A stretch of 64,000 nt of DNA. Origin: Promethearchaeota archaeon (lineage in GTDB: Archaea > Asgardarchaeota > Thorarchaeia > Thorarchaeales > Thorarchaeaceae). Location: contig WJMJ01000131.1 in the NCBI GenBank assembly GCA_014728035.1, positions 32,001 through 96,000 on the forward strand. The letters run 5' to 3'. A model generated the notes under the pieces. The model ran no database searches, was not told the DNA's origin, and worked only from the letters and a program-made list of their open reading frames with translations. Position 1 is the first letter of the stretch; the number at the start of each line of letters is the position of its first letter. The position numbers were made by a program, and so were the translations under genes. Of the stretch, positions 49,672-59,693 are shown in pieces.

Positions 49672-50475
49672 TTAGACCTTTTCTCGAGCAAGGTGGCCGA
49701 GTACAGCTGCTCCTAAAGCACCAGTATATTGTGGAGTATCAGGAATCCAGAGAGAATGCTCCAGACTCAGTTCAAGGTAATGCTTGAATGCAGGATTTAG
49801 TGCTACTCCCCCAGTAAGAGCAATGGGAGGTACGATTCCCACTCGACGTGCAAGAGACCCAACTTTTGATGCCATCGATAGATGAATTCCAGCTGCAATA
49901 TCAGGTGGTTCTTTGCCAGACCCGATATGGCCAATCACTTCACTTTCAGCAAACACTGTACAAGTGCTGCTAATTGTGCAGGGGTTATCGGATTCAAGCG
50001 CAATTTGCCCTAGTTCATCTAGAGACACACCAAGAACCCTTGCCATAACTTCAAGAAATCTGCCTGTACCAGCACTACACTTATCATTCAGTTCAAAATC
50101 ATGTGGTCTTCCGTTTTCACTAACTCTAATCACCTTCGAGTCCTGTCCACCAATATCAATCACCAATCTGATTCCAGAATTGATATAGTGGACACCTACA
50201 CAGTGACAGGTGATTTCAGTTATCACATCAGATGCAAAGTCAACCTGCCGTCGACCATACCCAGTACTGACAACATAAACCTCTGAAAGATTCAAATCTG
50301 AATCAGCAGCTAACGTGTGAAGAATTCCACTGGCAGCTTTTGAGGCGGAAGACCCAGTTACACAAAGATGTTTGGAAATTACTTCGCCCTTGTCAGATAG
50401 TAGAATGCCCTTTGTTGTTGTGGATCCCACATCGATGCCAATAGTTAGTGGGTTGTCATCAGGCATCAAAGTCAC
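49672..50475 (-). CDS. 2-hydroxyacyl-CoA dehydratase activase (HgdC/BcrAD-type ATPase)
   Basis: GIDVGSTTTK, TGYGR, DIGGQDSK, NDKCSAGTGRFLE and SSTCTVFAESE motifs. Confidence 0.93.
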   Translation of the reverse strand: MTLMPDDNPLTIGIDVGSTTTKGILLSDKGEVISKHLCVTGSSASKAASGILHTLAADSDLNLSEVYVVSTGYGRRQVDFASDVITEITCHCVGVHYINSGIRLVIDIGGQDSKVIRVSENGRPHDFELNDKCSAGTGRFLEVMARVLGVSLDELGQIALESDNPCTISSTCTVFAESEVIGHIGSGKEPPDIAAGIHLSMASKVGSLARRVGIVPPIALTGGVALNPAFKHYLELSLEHSLWIPDTPQYTGALGAAVLGHLAREKV

Positions 50476-51687
50476 CTATGTGAACATCTCAAGCAAAGCG
50501 TCTACACGTGTCTGAATTTGCGCATCATTGAACAACCTTGAGTCAACCATATCACCCTCAATGATAATTCCAGGCACTCCGGTTTCTTCAGTAACAAGCT
50601 CCTTAGAAACTAGCTGGCCTAGCGAGTATCGCTTGCAAGAACGTACAGAGAACATTATGAATCCATCAAGATCATAGTCACGAATTAGCTGACACATCTT
50701 CTCAACTTTTGCATCGAGCCCTTTGTTAAGATACACATTGCTATACAATTCAGCCACATTTCGATACAAATCAGCACCTTCGATTGAACCTTGCCATGCA
50801 TGAGTGTATGTATCAGCAGGAAACACCACTCCACGTTTTGCAAGGCCGTTAAAGAATCGGAAAATTTGAAACCAAGGTGGTATGTTATCCCACAATAGAC
50901 GAACCCGTTCATCTCGAATGGCACCTAATCCGTTCTGGACACGGTCTTCGACCTCATCATACAAGGCCTGATAAAAATCAATGATGTAATCAGTACCACG
51001 AAGGGCAACTACAGGAGCCATAGTGAGAAATCGGTCAGCACAATTCAAGGGGCTTGGTTTATTTTTGCAAGCCTGCAAAGACTTCGTCCAGAGATCTATT
51101 GCTTTTGTAGAGTTATGAGCCACCTCTTGTAAACGCTCTTGCTCCATGGAGGTGCCAAAGGTTGTAGATAGAAATTGTATTAGACGTTCTATGCCCCGTT
51201 GTACATAATTGATGTGATGTGGTGTTTGCTCAGCATCAAGAGGGGGAGTATCCAAAAGGAAAACGGGTGCGTGAGTCATTACTGATATTGCATCATACCA
51301 CCGAAGCACCGTACCACAGATATTATTACAAGCCAGAAGAGCCTGAGGTCTAGGGAGTCCTTCCATTGGACTATTTTGAGGTTTGTAAGTAGACCCAATA
51401 CTTGACCTTGCGTATGAGCATAGCTCTTGAGAGTACCCCAATTCCTCCGCATACCCACATAGCTCGGGGCCTACTTTCTGAGAACCTACAACAGCACCAT
51501 ATTGTTCTGGATAGGATGGAGTAATTCCCATTGCGAGGGGTATCTCTACCGGGAATCCAGAGGTTACCCATGCAAGTTTTCCCTCTTCACTAGCATGTTG
51601 TCCTTCAAGCATATATCGAAACATTACTTGTTGAAGATGAGTTTGAGCATTCAGTGCACGATATGCTTTTTCTTTCTTATCAGACAT
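50476..51687 (-). CDS. 2-hydroxyacyl-CoA dehydratase / benzoyl-CoA reductase family subunit (HgdA-like)
   Basis: YPEQ, ELCSY, NNIC, RSCK and IEGDMVD..Q.QTRVDAL motifs. Start refined to 51687. Confidence 0.88.
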   Translation of the reverse strand: MSDKKEKAYRALNAQTHLQQVMFRYMLEGQHASEEGKLAWVTSGFPVEIPLAMGITPSYPEQYGAVVGSQKVGPELCGYAEELGYSQELCSYARSSIGSTYKPQNSPMEGLPRPQALLACNNICGTVLRWYDAISVMTHAPVFLLDTPPLDAEQTPHHINYVQRGIERLIQFLSTTFGTSMEQERLQEVAHNSTKAIDLWTKSLQACKNKPSPLNCADRFLTMAPVVALRGTDYIIDFYQALYDEVEDRVQNGLGAIRDERVRLLWDNIPPWFQIFRFFNGLAKRGVVFPADTYTHAWQGSIEGADLYRNVAELYSNVYLNKGLDAKVEKMCQLIRDYDLDGFIMFSVRSCKRYSLGQLVSKELVTEETGVPGIIIEGDMVDSRLFNDAQIQTRVDALLEMFT

Positions 51688-51688
51688 C

Positions 51689-52879
51689 TCAGATTCCTCC
51701 TTCAAGAGTTTCAAGAAAGCTTTGAATTCTTGTTAGAATACGTTGTTCATCAGATAATTCGGGATCCAAAGGAAGCCGAAGTGCCCTGATGCCAGCATCT
51801 TGCGTAACATGTTTCAGAGAAGGAGCTTCAAACTGGTCAGGATCACAGAAAGATTGCTCACATATGATTACACCATCTATACGAAAATTAGTGACAATCT
51901 GTTTCAAAAAATACATTCTCTCTTTGAGACCTTCTTGTGTTGGTTCAGAAGGAGCATTAAGTGTACTCCGAGCTAACTCTGAAAAAGGACTACCATCTGA
52001 TTGAGTTGGTGGTGTGAATACAGTCTTGAATCCAAGTGACAGCAAATCAAGAACAAGATTATGGGGATGCGATGTAGAAATTGAATCAAAAAGAGATGAT
52101 ATAGTAGAAGGAGAAATCATACCGCCAACAACTAAGATACGTGGATTTGTTTCGGTGAAATCAGAGGAAAAATCTTCAAAATTCTTAGTACTAAGACAAT
52201 TATGAACGCTATCGACCAAAGGAGAAGGTAAGTCTTGACCTATCTTTTCTGCTAATTTTTTGGCATCAACTGCTTTTTGATAGGTAGGAGCTCGAAGAAA
52301 ATCGGTTACCATTTCAGCAATACGACCATATGGCAACACATCCGGTTGAATGAGCCGGAATGAGTAAAGAAGCTGCATTCCATTTCGCCACAAATTTACG
52401 AGGTCTATTGCCTCAGAGAATTGTTCTTTGGGCGGATCTGTACCATACAAGTCATGCAGCTGCCTGTCAAGTTGTCTAATCTCGTATGTGAAAAATTCAA
52501 TAGCATCCTTATTGACAGGACCTGCAGGATAGGTTAACCGGAGCACTCGATCTTCAGGAAAACGATATTTCCAGACATCTCCAACATTTTGGAGCGAGTC
52601 ACATGTATTCCCTGGAAAAACTATGCCGACTATGTCATCTAAGTCACCAGCTGCCCGCTGAGCGAATATATTTCGAGAATAGGCACAGGAAAAGGTCTGC
52701 AGGCTTGATTCAAATCCACCAACAATGCCTTGTTTAGCAGTGATAAGAGATGGAATAAGGCCATGAGCTAAAAACAATTCAATCGGAGTGTGTTGGTAGA
52801 TATAACCAATTCTTTGCATATCCAAGCGATCCCGACCTTGTATGAGTTGAGTACATTCGGTAATTTGTCCATTACTCAC
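51689..52879 (-). CDS. 2-hydroxyacyl-CoA dehydratase family subunit (HgdB-like)
   Basis: TPIEL..AHG, CAYSR, NTCDS, FCDP and TRIQSFLE motifs. Confidence 0.85.
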   Translation of the reverse strand: MSNGQITECTQLIQGRDRLDMQRIGYIYQHTPIELFLAHGLIPSLITAKQGIVGGFESSLQTFSCAYSRNIFAQRAAGDLDDIVGIVFPGNTCDSLQNVGDVWKYRFPEDRVLRLTYPAGPVNKDAIEFFTYEIRQLDRQLHDLYGTDPPKEQFSEAIDLVNLWRNGMQLLYSFRLIQPDVLPYGRIAEMVTDFLRAPTYQKAVDAKKLAEKIGQDLPSPLVDSVHNCLSTKNFEDFSSDFTETNPRILVVGGMISPSTISSLFDSISTSHPHNLVLDLLSLGFKTVFTPPTQSDGSPFSELARSTLNAPSEPTQEGLKERMYFLKQIVTNFRIDGVIICEQSFCDPDQFEAPSLKHVTQDAGIRALRLPLDPELSDEQRILTRIQSFLETLEGGI

Positions 52880-53077
52880 AGATTCAACCTCTCTGAAGAT
52901 ATATGGCGTAACCTACAGATGCACATAATCGGTCTTATTTCTATCGAATATTAGCAGGTATTTTGCAAAATTTTCCAGTACTTATTTTATAGAAGGAAAT
53001 ATCAGGAAGAAATGCACATTATAGATATTCAGGTTTGAAAATGAAACCAAAAAAAGAGAGAAGTAGAGCGTGAAATA

Positions 53078-54820
53078 ATGGAAGAGATATGGCATAAACA
53101 CAAGTGGCCCGAGGATGTCGCAAAGACTATCGACTATCCCAAAAAACCCTTGTTTGAAATGTTAGATACAACCGCTACAAAAGATGGTGAACTGCCATTT
53201 ACAGTATACGATGGTCAATCATGGACCTTCAATGAGGTTAAGACTGATGCAGATCGTATTGCAAATTTCCTTACAAGTAAAGGAATAGGGAAAGGAGATA
53301 AGGTTGCAGTATTCCTCCCTAATGTACCTCATTATCCATCTGTATTTTTTGGAGTATTAAAAACAGGTGCAACAGTTGTAACGTGTAATCCCTCGTATCG
53401 TTCAAACGAACTTAACTTTCAATTACAAGACTCTGGAGCAAGTGTAGTGTTTGTTTTTGACCACCCTAAAATTACTCCTACCTGTTATGAAGCGGTCAAA
53501 AACACTGATGTTAACATGGTAATAGTCTGCAGTATCAAACGATATCTACCAAAAATAAAGGCCATTATCGGAGGTTTAGCAAAGAAGATTCCAAAGAGTC
53601 CGTACTATGAGGAGGATATAACATACTTCTATGATGATATCGTGGAAAAATACGAAGCAAAAGCTCCTCAAGTGGATATTGATTCTGAAGACCTGGCTTT
53701 GATACTCTATACAGGAGGGACAACTGGCACTCCAAAAGGTGCATCCCTCAAGCACAGTAATCTCTATTCAAATGTACTTCAGATTTATGAGTGGGTGAAT
53801 CTTTCACCAGAAGATATTGATGCTCCACAAAAAATCGTTTACGGAAAAGAGGTTTTTGTTGGTGCATTACCATGGTACCATAGTTATGGTCTTACTCTAA
53901 CCATGTTGATGTCCACGAAATATGCATGTCAGCTGGTATGCATTCCAGACCCGAGAGCTGGCGATCCACCCCTATCTGAATTGCTAAGAGACCTTGAGAA
54001 GTACAAAGGCACGGTTCTAAACTGTGTACCCGCACTCTATGCAGGAATTGTCAACCATCCCAATGTTGACAAATATGACTTGAGTTCCATCAAGATTTGT
54101 AGTTCTGGGGCAGCTCCATTACCCCCAGAGCTAGCAAAGAGTTTTGAAGATGTGACAGGTGCCATCCTCTTCGAAGGTTATGGACTATCTGAAACCTCAC
54201 CAGTAACACATATCAATCCGACTAACAAACGAAACAGAAAATTCGGTTCAATTGGTCTTCCAGTTCCAGATACAATAGCTAGGATAGTAGATATCGAAAC
54301 TGGAACGAAAATATTAGGAGTGGGAGAAACAGGAGAGATTGCAATTCATGGACCACAAGTAATGGAGGGTTATTGGAACAAACCAGAGGAAACAGACAAT
54401 GTAATGCGAAACATTGACGGACTTCGTTTCTTCCTTACAGGGGATATCGGTCATATGGATGAAGAAGGTTACTTCGTTATTAGTGACAGAAAGAAAGACA
54501 TGGTCAATGTAGGTGGCCTGAAGGCATATCCAAGAGAGATTGAGGATATATTCTATGAACACCCCAAGATTGCAATGGCTGCAGCAATTGGTGTGCCTCG
54601 AGAAGATGATCCAAGTAATGAGTTTGTCAAAGCTTTCATTGTTCTAAAAGAGGGTGTGACTGCCACTCCAGAGGAATTCATTGAGTGGGCTAGAGATAAG
54701 ATGGCAGGGTACAAGAGACCAAGAGAGGTTGAACTTGTTGATGAGTTACCCTTAAGCCAGGTCGGAAAAGTTCTACGACGTGAACTTAGAAGAATGGAAT
54801 TAGAAAAGCGAAATGTATAG
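53078..54820 (+). CDS. fadD: Long-chain acyl-CoA ligase (AMP-forming)
   Basis: YTGGTTGTPKG, EGYGLSETSP, TGDIG, DRKKD, YPREIE and GKVLRR motifs. Confidence 0.93.
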   Translation: MEEIWHKHKWPEDVAKTIDYPKKPLFEMLDTTATKDGELPFTVYDGQSWTFNEVKTDADRIANFLTSKGIGKGDKVAVFLPNVPHYPSVFFGVLKTGATVVTCNPSYRSNELNFQLQDSGASVVFVFDHPKITPTCYEAVKNTDVNMVIVCSIKRYLPKIKAIIGGLAKKIPKSPYYEEDITYFYDDIVEKYEAKAPQVDIDSEDLALILYTGGTTGTPKGASLKHSNLYSNVLQIYEWVNLSPEDIDAPQKIVYGKEVFVGALPWYHSYGLTLTMLMSTKYACQLVCIPDPRAGDPPLSELLRDLEKYKGTVLNCVPALYAGIVNHPNVDKYDLSSIKICSSGAAPLPPELAKSFEDVTGAILFEGYGLSETSPVTHINPTNKRNRKFGSIGLPVPDTIARIVDIETGTKILGVGETGEIAIHGPQVMEGYWNKPEETDNVMRNIDGLRFFLTGDIGHMDEEGYFVISDRKKDMVNVGGLKAYPREIEDIFYEHPKIAMAAAIGVPREDDPSNEFVKAFIVLKEGVTATPEEFIEWARDKMAGYKRPREVELVDELPLSQVGKVLRRELRRMELEKRNV

Positions 54821-54823
54821 TAC

Positions 54824-54854
54824 AAGCTCGGGAAATCCCCGAGCTTCCCTTTTT
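54824..54854 (+). terminator. Hairpin plus T-tract after the CoA ligase gene
   Basis: AAGCTCGGG-AAATC-CCCGAGCTT followed by CCCTTTTT. Confidence 0.72.
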
Positions 54855-54972
54855 GTAAATGTATCATTTGCTTAAGATTAAAAAAGAAAACATATCCGAC
54901 TTGAATGATACTACTGCGCGGTTTGATAGCTAACAAGTCAAATGAACACTCGAATGCTGAGATGATCAACTA

Positions 54973-56178
54973 GTGATTAATAGAACTGCAAATAGAATGG
55001 TCAGTAAATCTTTTGCATCCCTTGAATATGAATACTGTAAAATTGATTGGGATCATTTTACGACAAGAGAGATTGGAATATACATACATGTTCCATTCTG
55101 TCCTAGATTATGTGCATTTTGCCCATTTCATCGTGTATTGTACAACAGACAACAGAAGGATAGATATCTGAAGGCTTTACTAAAGGAAATCGATTTGAGA
55201 GGAATATATGGAGAGGTTGAATGGGTCTATATTGGGGGAGGAACACCAAACCTATTGAAGCCCGATGAAATCTGTATGATTCTAGACAAACTCAAAGAAC
55301 ATGTGAATATAGAAGACATCACAATAGAAGGGAAACCACGATACTTCACTAGAGAATATCTCGAACAATTATACGCTTGTGAAATAAGTAAGCTAAGTAT
55401 TGGTGTTGAATCTTTGAAAGAAGAAAGTCTTGATATCGTGGAACGAGATAAAACAGGGGTCTCATTGATAGAAGAAATTGTCAATGATGCGCATGATTTA
55501 GGAATGGTAGTTAATGCTGATCTTATGGTAGGTCTCCCGAAACAATATAGCAAAGATGTTATCAGAGATGTGAAAAAATTGGCTGATTTGGAGTTGGATC
55601 AGATGTCCACATATCCATTTACAAAAGCACCAGGTGCTAAGAATAGAAGACGGACCACATCAAAACATATCTTTGAAATGATCGAGAAGGCTGCAGATGT
55701 GATTGAAGAAACAGGATATGTAAGGGAGAATGTCTGGGTGTTTTCAAGGCCAAAGCTAGCAACCAAATCTCTTACTGAAGATCCAAAAGAATACATCGGG
55801 TATGGCCCTTCAGCGTTCAGTGTTGTTGGCAATCTACAGGTAGTAAATCCCCACATTGAGAACTATATTGATGCAATCCTCCATGGTAGAACGATGGGAT
55901 TCAAAATTGATTTTGATGAGGGATTTAATGCTTGGCGACGATTTGCTCATCGACTTTATGATTTGCGTATCAGTGATGACTTTATCAAAAGTATGCCAAG
56001 AAGTATAAGGTGGGTGTCAAATATGTTGAAATTAATGGGATATATAAAAGATGAAAGAGTTACACGAAAAGGTCGATATTTCATTCATGATTTGACCACA
56101 ACAGTAATTGAGAAACTGCCATTTCCATTGGGCAATCCGGTATCTCGCGGAGTAGCTTGCATGAATATTTTCTTCTGA
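54973..56178 (+). CDS. HemN/HemW-like radical SAM protein
   Basis: YIHVPFCPRLCAFCPF, YIGGGTP, SIGVES and DLMVGLP motifs. Confidence 0.88.
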   Translation: MINRTANRMVSKSFASLEYEYCKIDWDHFTTREIGIYIHVPFCPRLCAFCPFHRVLYNRQQKDRYLKALLKEIDLRGIYGEVEWVYIGGGTPNLLKPDEICMILDKLKEHVNIEDITIEGKPRYFTREYLEQLYACEISKLSIGVESLKEESLDIVERDKTGVSLIEEIVNDAHDLGMVVNADLMVGLPKQYSKDVIRDVKKLADLELDQMSTYPFTKAPGAKNRRRTTSKHIFEMIEKAADVIEETGYVRENVWVFSRPKLATKSLTEDPKEYIGYGPSAFSVVGNLQVVNPHIENYIDAILHGRTMGFKIDFDEGFNAWRRFAHRLYDLRISDDFIKSMPRSIRWVSNMLKLMGYIKDERVTRKGRYFIHDLTTTVIEKLPFPLGNPVSRGVACMNIFF

Positions 56179-56237
56179 ACAGCAATCTACGAGGAGTTCT
56201 TTAGGAAGAGTACAGGATATTTCTCAGTCAAATTCAG

Positions 56238-58001
56238 GTGATTCTAATGACAATCCGAACCAGATATCTCTCACTTATTGTACTTACAGGAATAGTTGTA
56301 GTTTCTCTATTTGTTGCAGGCGCCGGAGAGAGAGCCTTTGGCGAGATAACAGTGGAGAGAACACAGATAACAAGAGAGAATGGTCGTATAGTGCATTTTT
56401 CAGTGTATAAGTCAAGGGCACCAAATTACGGAGAACCAATGCCTGCGATTCTAACAATACATGGTATATCTGGTTCTCGTGAGGCTATGGAAGCATACAA
56501 TATAGAACTAGCTAGAAGAAATTTCACTGTAGTATCAGTAGATATTGCTGGACATGGAGTATCCGTTGAGAGGTTCGGATTTTCAACATTTATGGAAGCA
56601 ATTACAGATGCATATGAGGCAGTCCGCCATGTTCAGATGTCTGATCCTTTTACTAACGAAAATATCTATGGAGTTGTGGGACATTCCTTGGGAGCAGGAA
56701 TGGCTTTGCTCTTTCAAGAGATGCCAATACTACCAAATGCAACAGTAATCATTGGAGGGGGAATGGGAAGTGAATTTGGTGGAATTCTATTACCACTTAA
56801 CCAGACAAATCCTGCCAACCTTCTAATCGCATCTGGTGTCTATGATGAATTGGTAGACCCAGAAGTTGCATTCGATACATTGAGAATTGCAACTGGACAA
56901 GAAAATGTAGAAACGAACATTATCTATGGAAGTTTTCAGAATGGAACAGCTAGAAAACTAGTTCTCAGCAATACGAACCATCTATTTGAAATAACAGATC
57001 ATCTTCTGGTAACTAATACCATTGATTGGATGGAACGTGCACTTCAAGAAAACAAGTATTCAATGAATCGATATCCCCCAGATATACATCTGTATCAGTA
57101 TAGGGGATTTTCGAATTTCATAGCAATTGCGGGAATTGTTCTCTCCATCATTCCAATTATCCTAATTACATATTCGAACCTTCCAAAACAATTCAAACCA
57201 AAACAACAAGTCATACGAGAATTCCCCATCAATCGAAACGAGTCAGTCAGACTAAGTTTGTTACTGAGTATAATGGGAGGTGTTGTTTTGCTCAGCGTAG
57301 TATTCGTTGGTTTTGGACTCGATTTCAGTGGAATCTCATTGCTCCCAATTTCATTTGGTACTACAATCATCCTCTATTCAGTTATTATGTTTCTCTTGAA
57401 CAAATTTGTACTGAAAAGGGAATTGGGTGATGATTTGGATCTCTATCAAGGCACAAGAGGAAACAACCTATCATATTTGAAAGAGAATTTGCCAAGAAGT
57501 ATTATGCTAATTACACCAATTATTGTTTGGATAATTTCTTGGTCATTATTATCTACATATGTAGTTAAAACAAGACTGCCACTGATGTGGCCTGTTGAGG
57601 GAATCTCAGCTGTATTTCGCTCAATCTACCTATTCATATTACTATTGGCATTAGTACCACTCTTCTATAGTGAGAAGATTTGGTTCAATGTAACAATAGG
57701 GGCAAATAAAGAATGGAGAGGTTTCAAAGACTTTGGGAAAGACGTATTGGAATCGTTACTATACCGACTTGGTGGATTTGTCATTTTGCTCCTAATACTA
57801 TATGGTCCATTCATGGTAGGCATCAGATTTGGTTTCATCATGTTCGTTGCGCTACTGATGCTACCATTTACTTTGATAATCGGAATATCAGCAGTAATGA
57901 ATCTCTGGACGGGAAGAGTCACGAAGAACGACTTCACATCAGCAATTGTAGCTTCGTTGCTACTTGCATTGGTAATTGCAGGAACCTTTCAGTTGCTATA
58001 G
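56238..58001 (+). CDS. Membrane-bound alpha/beta hydrolase
   Basis: HG oxyanion motif, GHSLG nucleophile elbow, DELV and NH catalytic residues, and a multi-TM C-terminal half. Confidence 0.85.
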   Translation: MILMTIRTRYLSLIVLTGIVVVSLFVAGAGERAFGEITVERTQITRENGRIVHFSVYKSRAPNYGEPMPAILTIHGISGSREAMEAYNIELARRNFTVVSVDIAGHGVSVERFGFSTFMEAITDAYEAVRHVQMSDPFTNENIYGVVGHSLGAGMALLFQEMPILPNATVIIGGGMGSEFGGILLPLNQTNPANLLIASGVYDELVDPEVAFDTLRIATGQENVETNIIYGSFQNGTARKLVLSNTNHLFEITDHLLVTNTIDWMERALQENKYSMNRYPPDIHLYQYRGFSNFIAIAGIVLSIIPIILITYSNLPKQFKPKQQVIREFPINRNESVRLSLLLSIMGGVVLLSVVFVGFGLDFSGISLLPISFGTTIILYSVIMFLLNKFVLKRELGDDLDLYQGTRGNNLSYLKENLPRSIMLITPIIVWIISWSLLSTYVVKTRLPLMWPVEGISAVFRSIYLFILLLALVPLFYSEKIWFNVTIGANKEWRGFKDFGKDVLESLLYRLGGFVILLLILYGPFMVGIRFGFIMFVALLMLPFTLIIGISAVMNLWTGRVTKNDFTSAIVASLLLALVIAGTFQLL

Positions 58002-58011
58002 GGACAGCATT

Positions 58012-58530
58012 TCATCTATCGGATTCAGCCTTGTGCTGTCGTCCTAACTCAATGTATAGTTCAGCGTTGCTCTTGAACGAATCACGAAGAGTTTCAGGAA
58101 CTTCTTTGACAACTTTTCCAGGGATTCCAAGAACCAAAGAGTTTGATGGAATTTCCGCACGTTCAGTAACTACAGCTCCAGCACCAATCACACTACCCGA
58201 CCCAACTTTTGCTCCAGATAACACAATAGAGCCAATTCCTACAACTGCATAATCACCAATCTCAGCACCATGAATGACACTGTTATGTCCTGCTGTCACA
58301 TAATCACCGATTACAGAAGGATTCATGAAGTCTGTGTGTACTGTAGCATTATCCTGAATCGAAGTGCCTTTTCCAATACGAATGTAATTCATATCTGCAC
58401 GTAATACTGCAAATTCCCAAACACTAGAATCTGGACCAATCTCAATATCTCCAATCAAAGATGCCCTAGGAGAAACATAAGCTTCAGAGTCGATTTTTGG
58501 TAGTTTTCCTTCAAATGGATGCAATCCCAC
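58012..58530 (-). CDS. Gamma carbonic anhydrase family (YrdA-like) protein
   Basis: Hexapeptide repeats; LRAD, IQDNATVH, GHNSVIHG and GIPGK motifs. Confidence 0.9.
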   Translation of the reverse strand: MGLHPFEGKLPKIDSEAYVSPRASLIGDIEIGPDSSVWEFAVLRADMNYIRIGKGTSIQDNATVHTDFMNPSVIGDYVTAGHNSVIHGAEIGDYAVVGIGSIVLSGAKVGSGSVIGAGAVVTERAEIPSNSLVLGIPGKVVKEVPETLRDSFKSNAELYIELGRQHKAESDR

Positions 58531-58589
58531 GTTTCACACCATGTGTACTTCTAGCTTGTCAGACTATAAGCCTATTGACAACTAACCAA

Positions 58590-59630
58590 CTAGAAAAATG
58601 TAGACACAACTCTTTGAAAGATCAAAGGAAATTCTTTAGAAACTTGATGAATCTCTTCTGTTAATTTGGGACTAGCTCCAGAGAGACCACATTGAGTTGA
58701 AACCATACAATTTCGTGCTAACAAATTTCCAGACACCCCACTTGAAATAAGACTTGACAAAGTCGTGGTCAGTCCTCTCTCTAATGTGTCCATTATTGAT
58801 GTCTGAAATCCAGCATCAACATTTGGAAGAATACCTAATGCAAGTCCACCGCCAGACTCAAGAAACTTGTTGAGCTTTTCAGCCTGACCAGAATCAACTG
58901 ATGCTTCATATCTAGCGCAATCAATGTGGGCTAGCTTTGGTAATGTTTCCCATAGTAGATGTTGACCATCATACTCTAATTCTCGCCAATCATCGCAGTA
59001 ATGATATGCGGGTATTATTTCATTGGGATAAATCTGATTAATTGAACGAAGAATCTGTTTCACTTCAAGACCACCAGTCTTGCCCTGTTCGATCGAGTTG
59101 ATTACGAAACGAACTGCAGGATCATCCTGGCTTAGGATAAGTTCTGTACAGAAAGGAGAGAGATGATTGACAAGTCCTTTTGCAACACGTTCCATCAGAG
59201 AAGTGAAAAATCGAAGCATCTGCTCAGATACCAATTGACGACCATCAGATCCACGAATACTGAAACACATCGTTGCAGGAGCAGTTTGTTGGGTCTTCAG
59301 AACATCATAGGGCCCATGTTTTGGTAGAAGGTAAAGACTATGTGCGTGAAACTCATCTGGAAGAAGAGGACCGTCATTGGACACAATGTCGTGATAGGTA
59401 TACATATCAACATCAAGTATAAAATCACCATCTTCTTCAAAACCATCAATGATACTAGCAAACTGGCGAACCATGTCTTCCTCACGTAATTTTGGGACTT
59501 GATAGGTATATGGCAGTTGAAGGCTAGTCACATAGTCTAAGGGGGTATCTGGTTCTTCTGTTCCTACACTGCCAACAGCGAAAAAAGCACCAACCAAGTG
59601 TTCGGGTAATAAAGACTTCACTTCTTTCAT
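58590..59630 (-). CDS. Core (single-barrel) MetE-like methionine synthase family protein
   Basis: N-terminal GS, P...QVP...EDMVRQ, QDDP, H-x-C zinc ligands (HYC), LALGILP and C-terminal TQCGL. Lies near ahcY. Start refined to the ATG at 59630 after AGGAG. Confidence 0.65.
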   Translation of the reverse strand: MKEVKSLLPEHLVGAFFAVGSVGTEEPDTPLDYVTSLQLPYTYQVPKLREEDMVRQFASIIDGFEEDGDFILDVDMYTYHDIVSNDGPLLPDEFHAHSLYLLPKHGPYDVLKTQQTAPATMCFSIRGSDGRQLVSEQMLRFFTSLMERVAKGLVNHLSPFCTELILSQDDPAVRFVINSIEQGKTGGLEVKQILRSINQIYPNEIIPAYHYCDDWRELEYDGQHLLWETLPKLAHIDCARYEASVDSGQAEKLNKFLESGGGLALGILPNVDAGFQTSIMDTLERGLTTTLSSLISSGVSGNLLARNCMVSTQCGLSGASPKLTEEIHQVSKEFPLIFQRVVSTFF

Positions 59631-59693
59631 ACTCCTATTGTCCAAGACTGATTCTCTAAATTCATACTAATGTAGATGCCTATTGGATATGTT

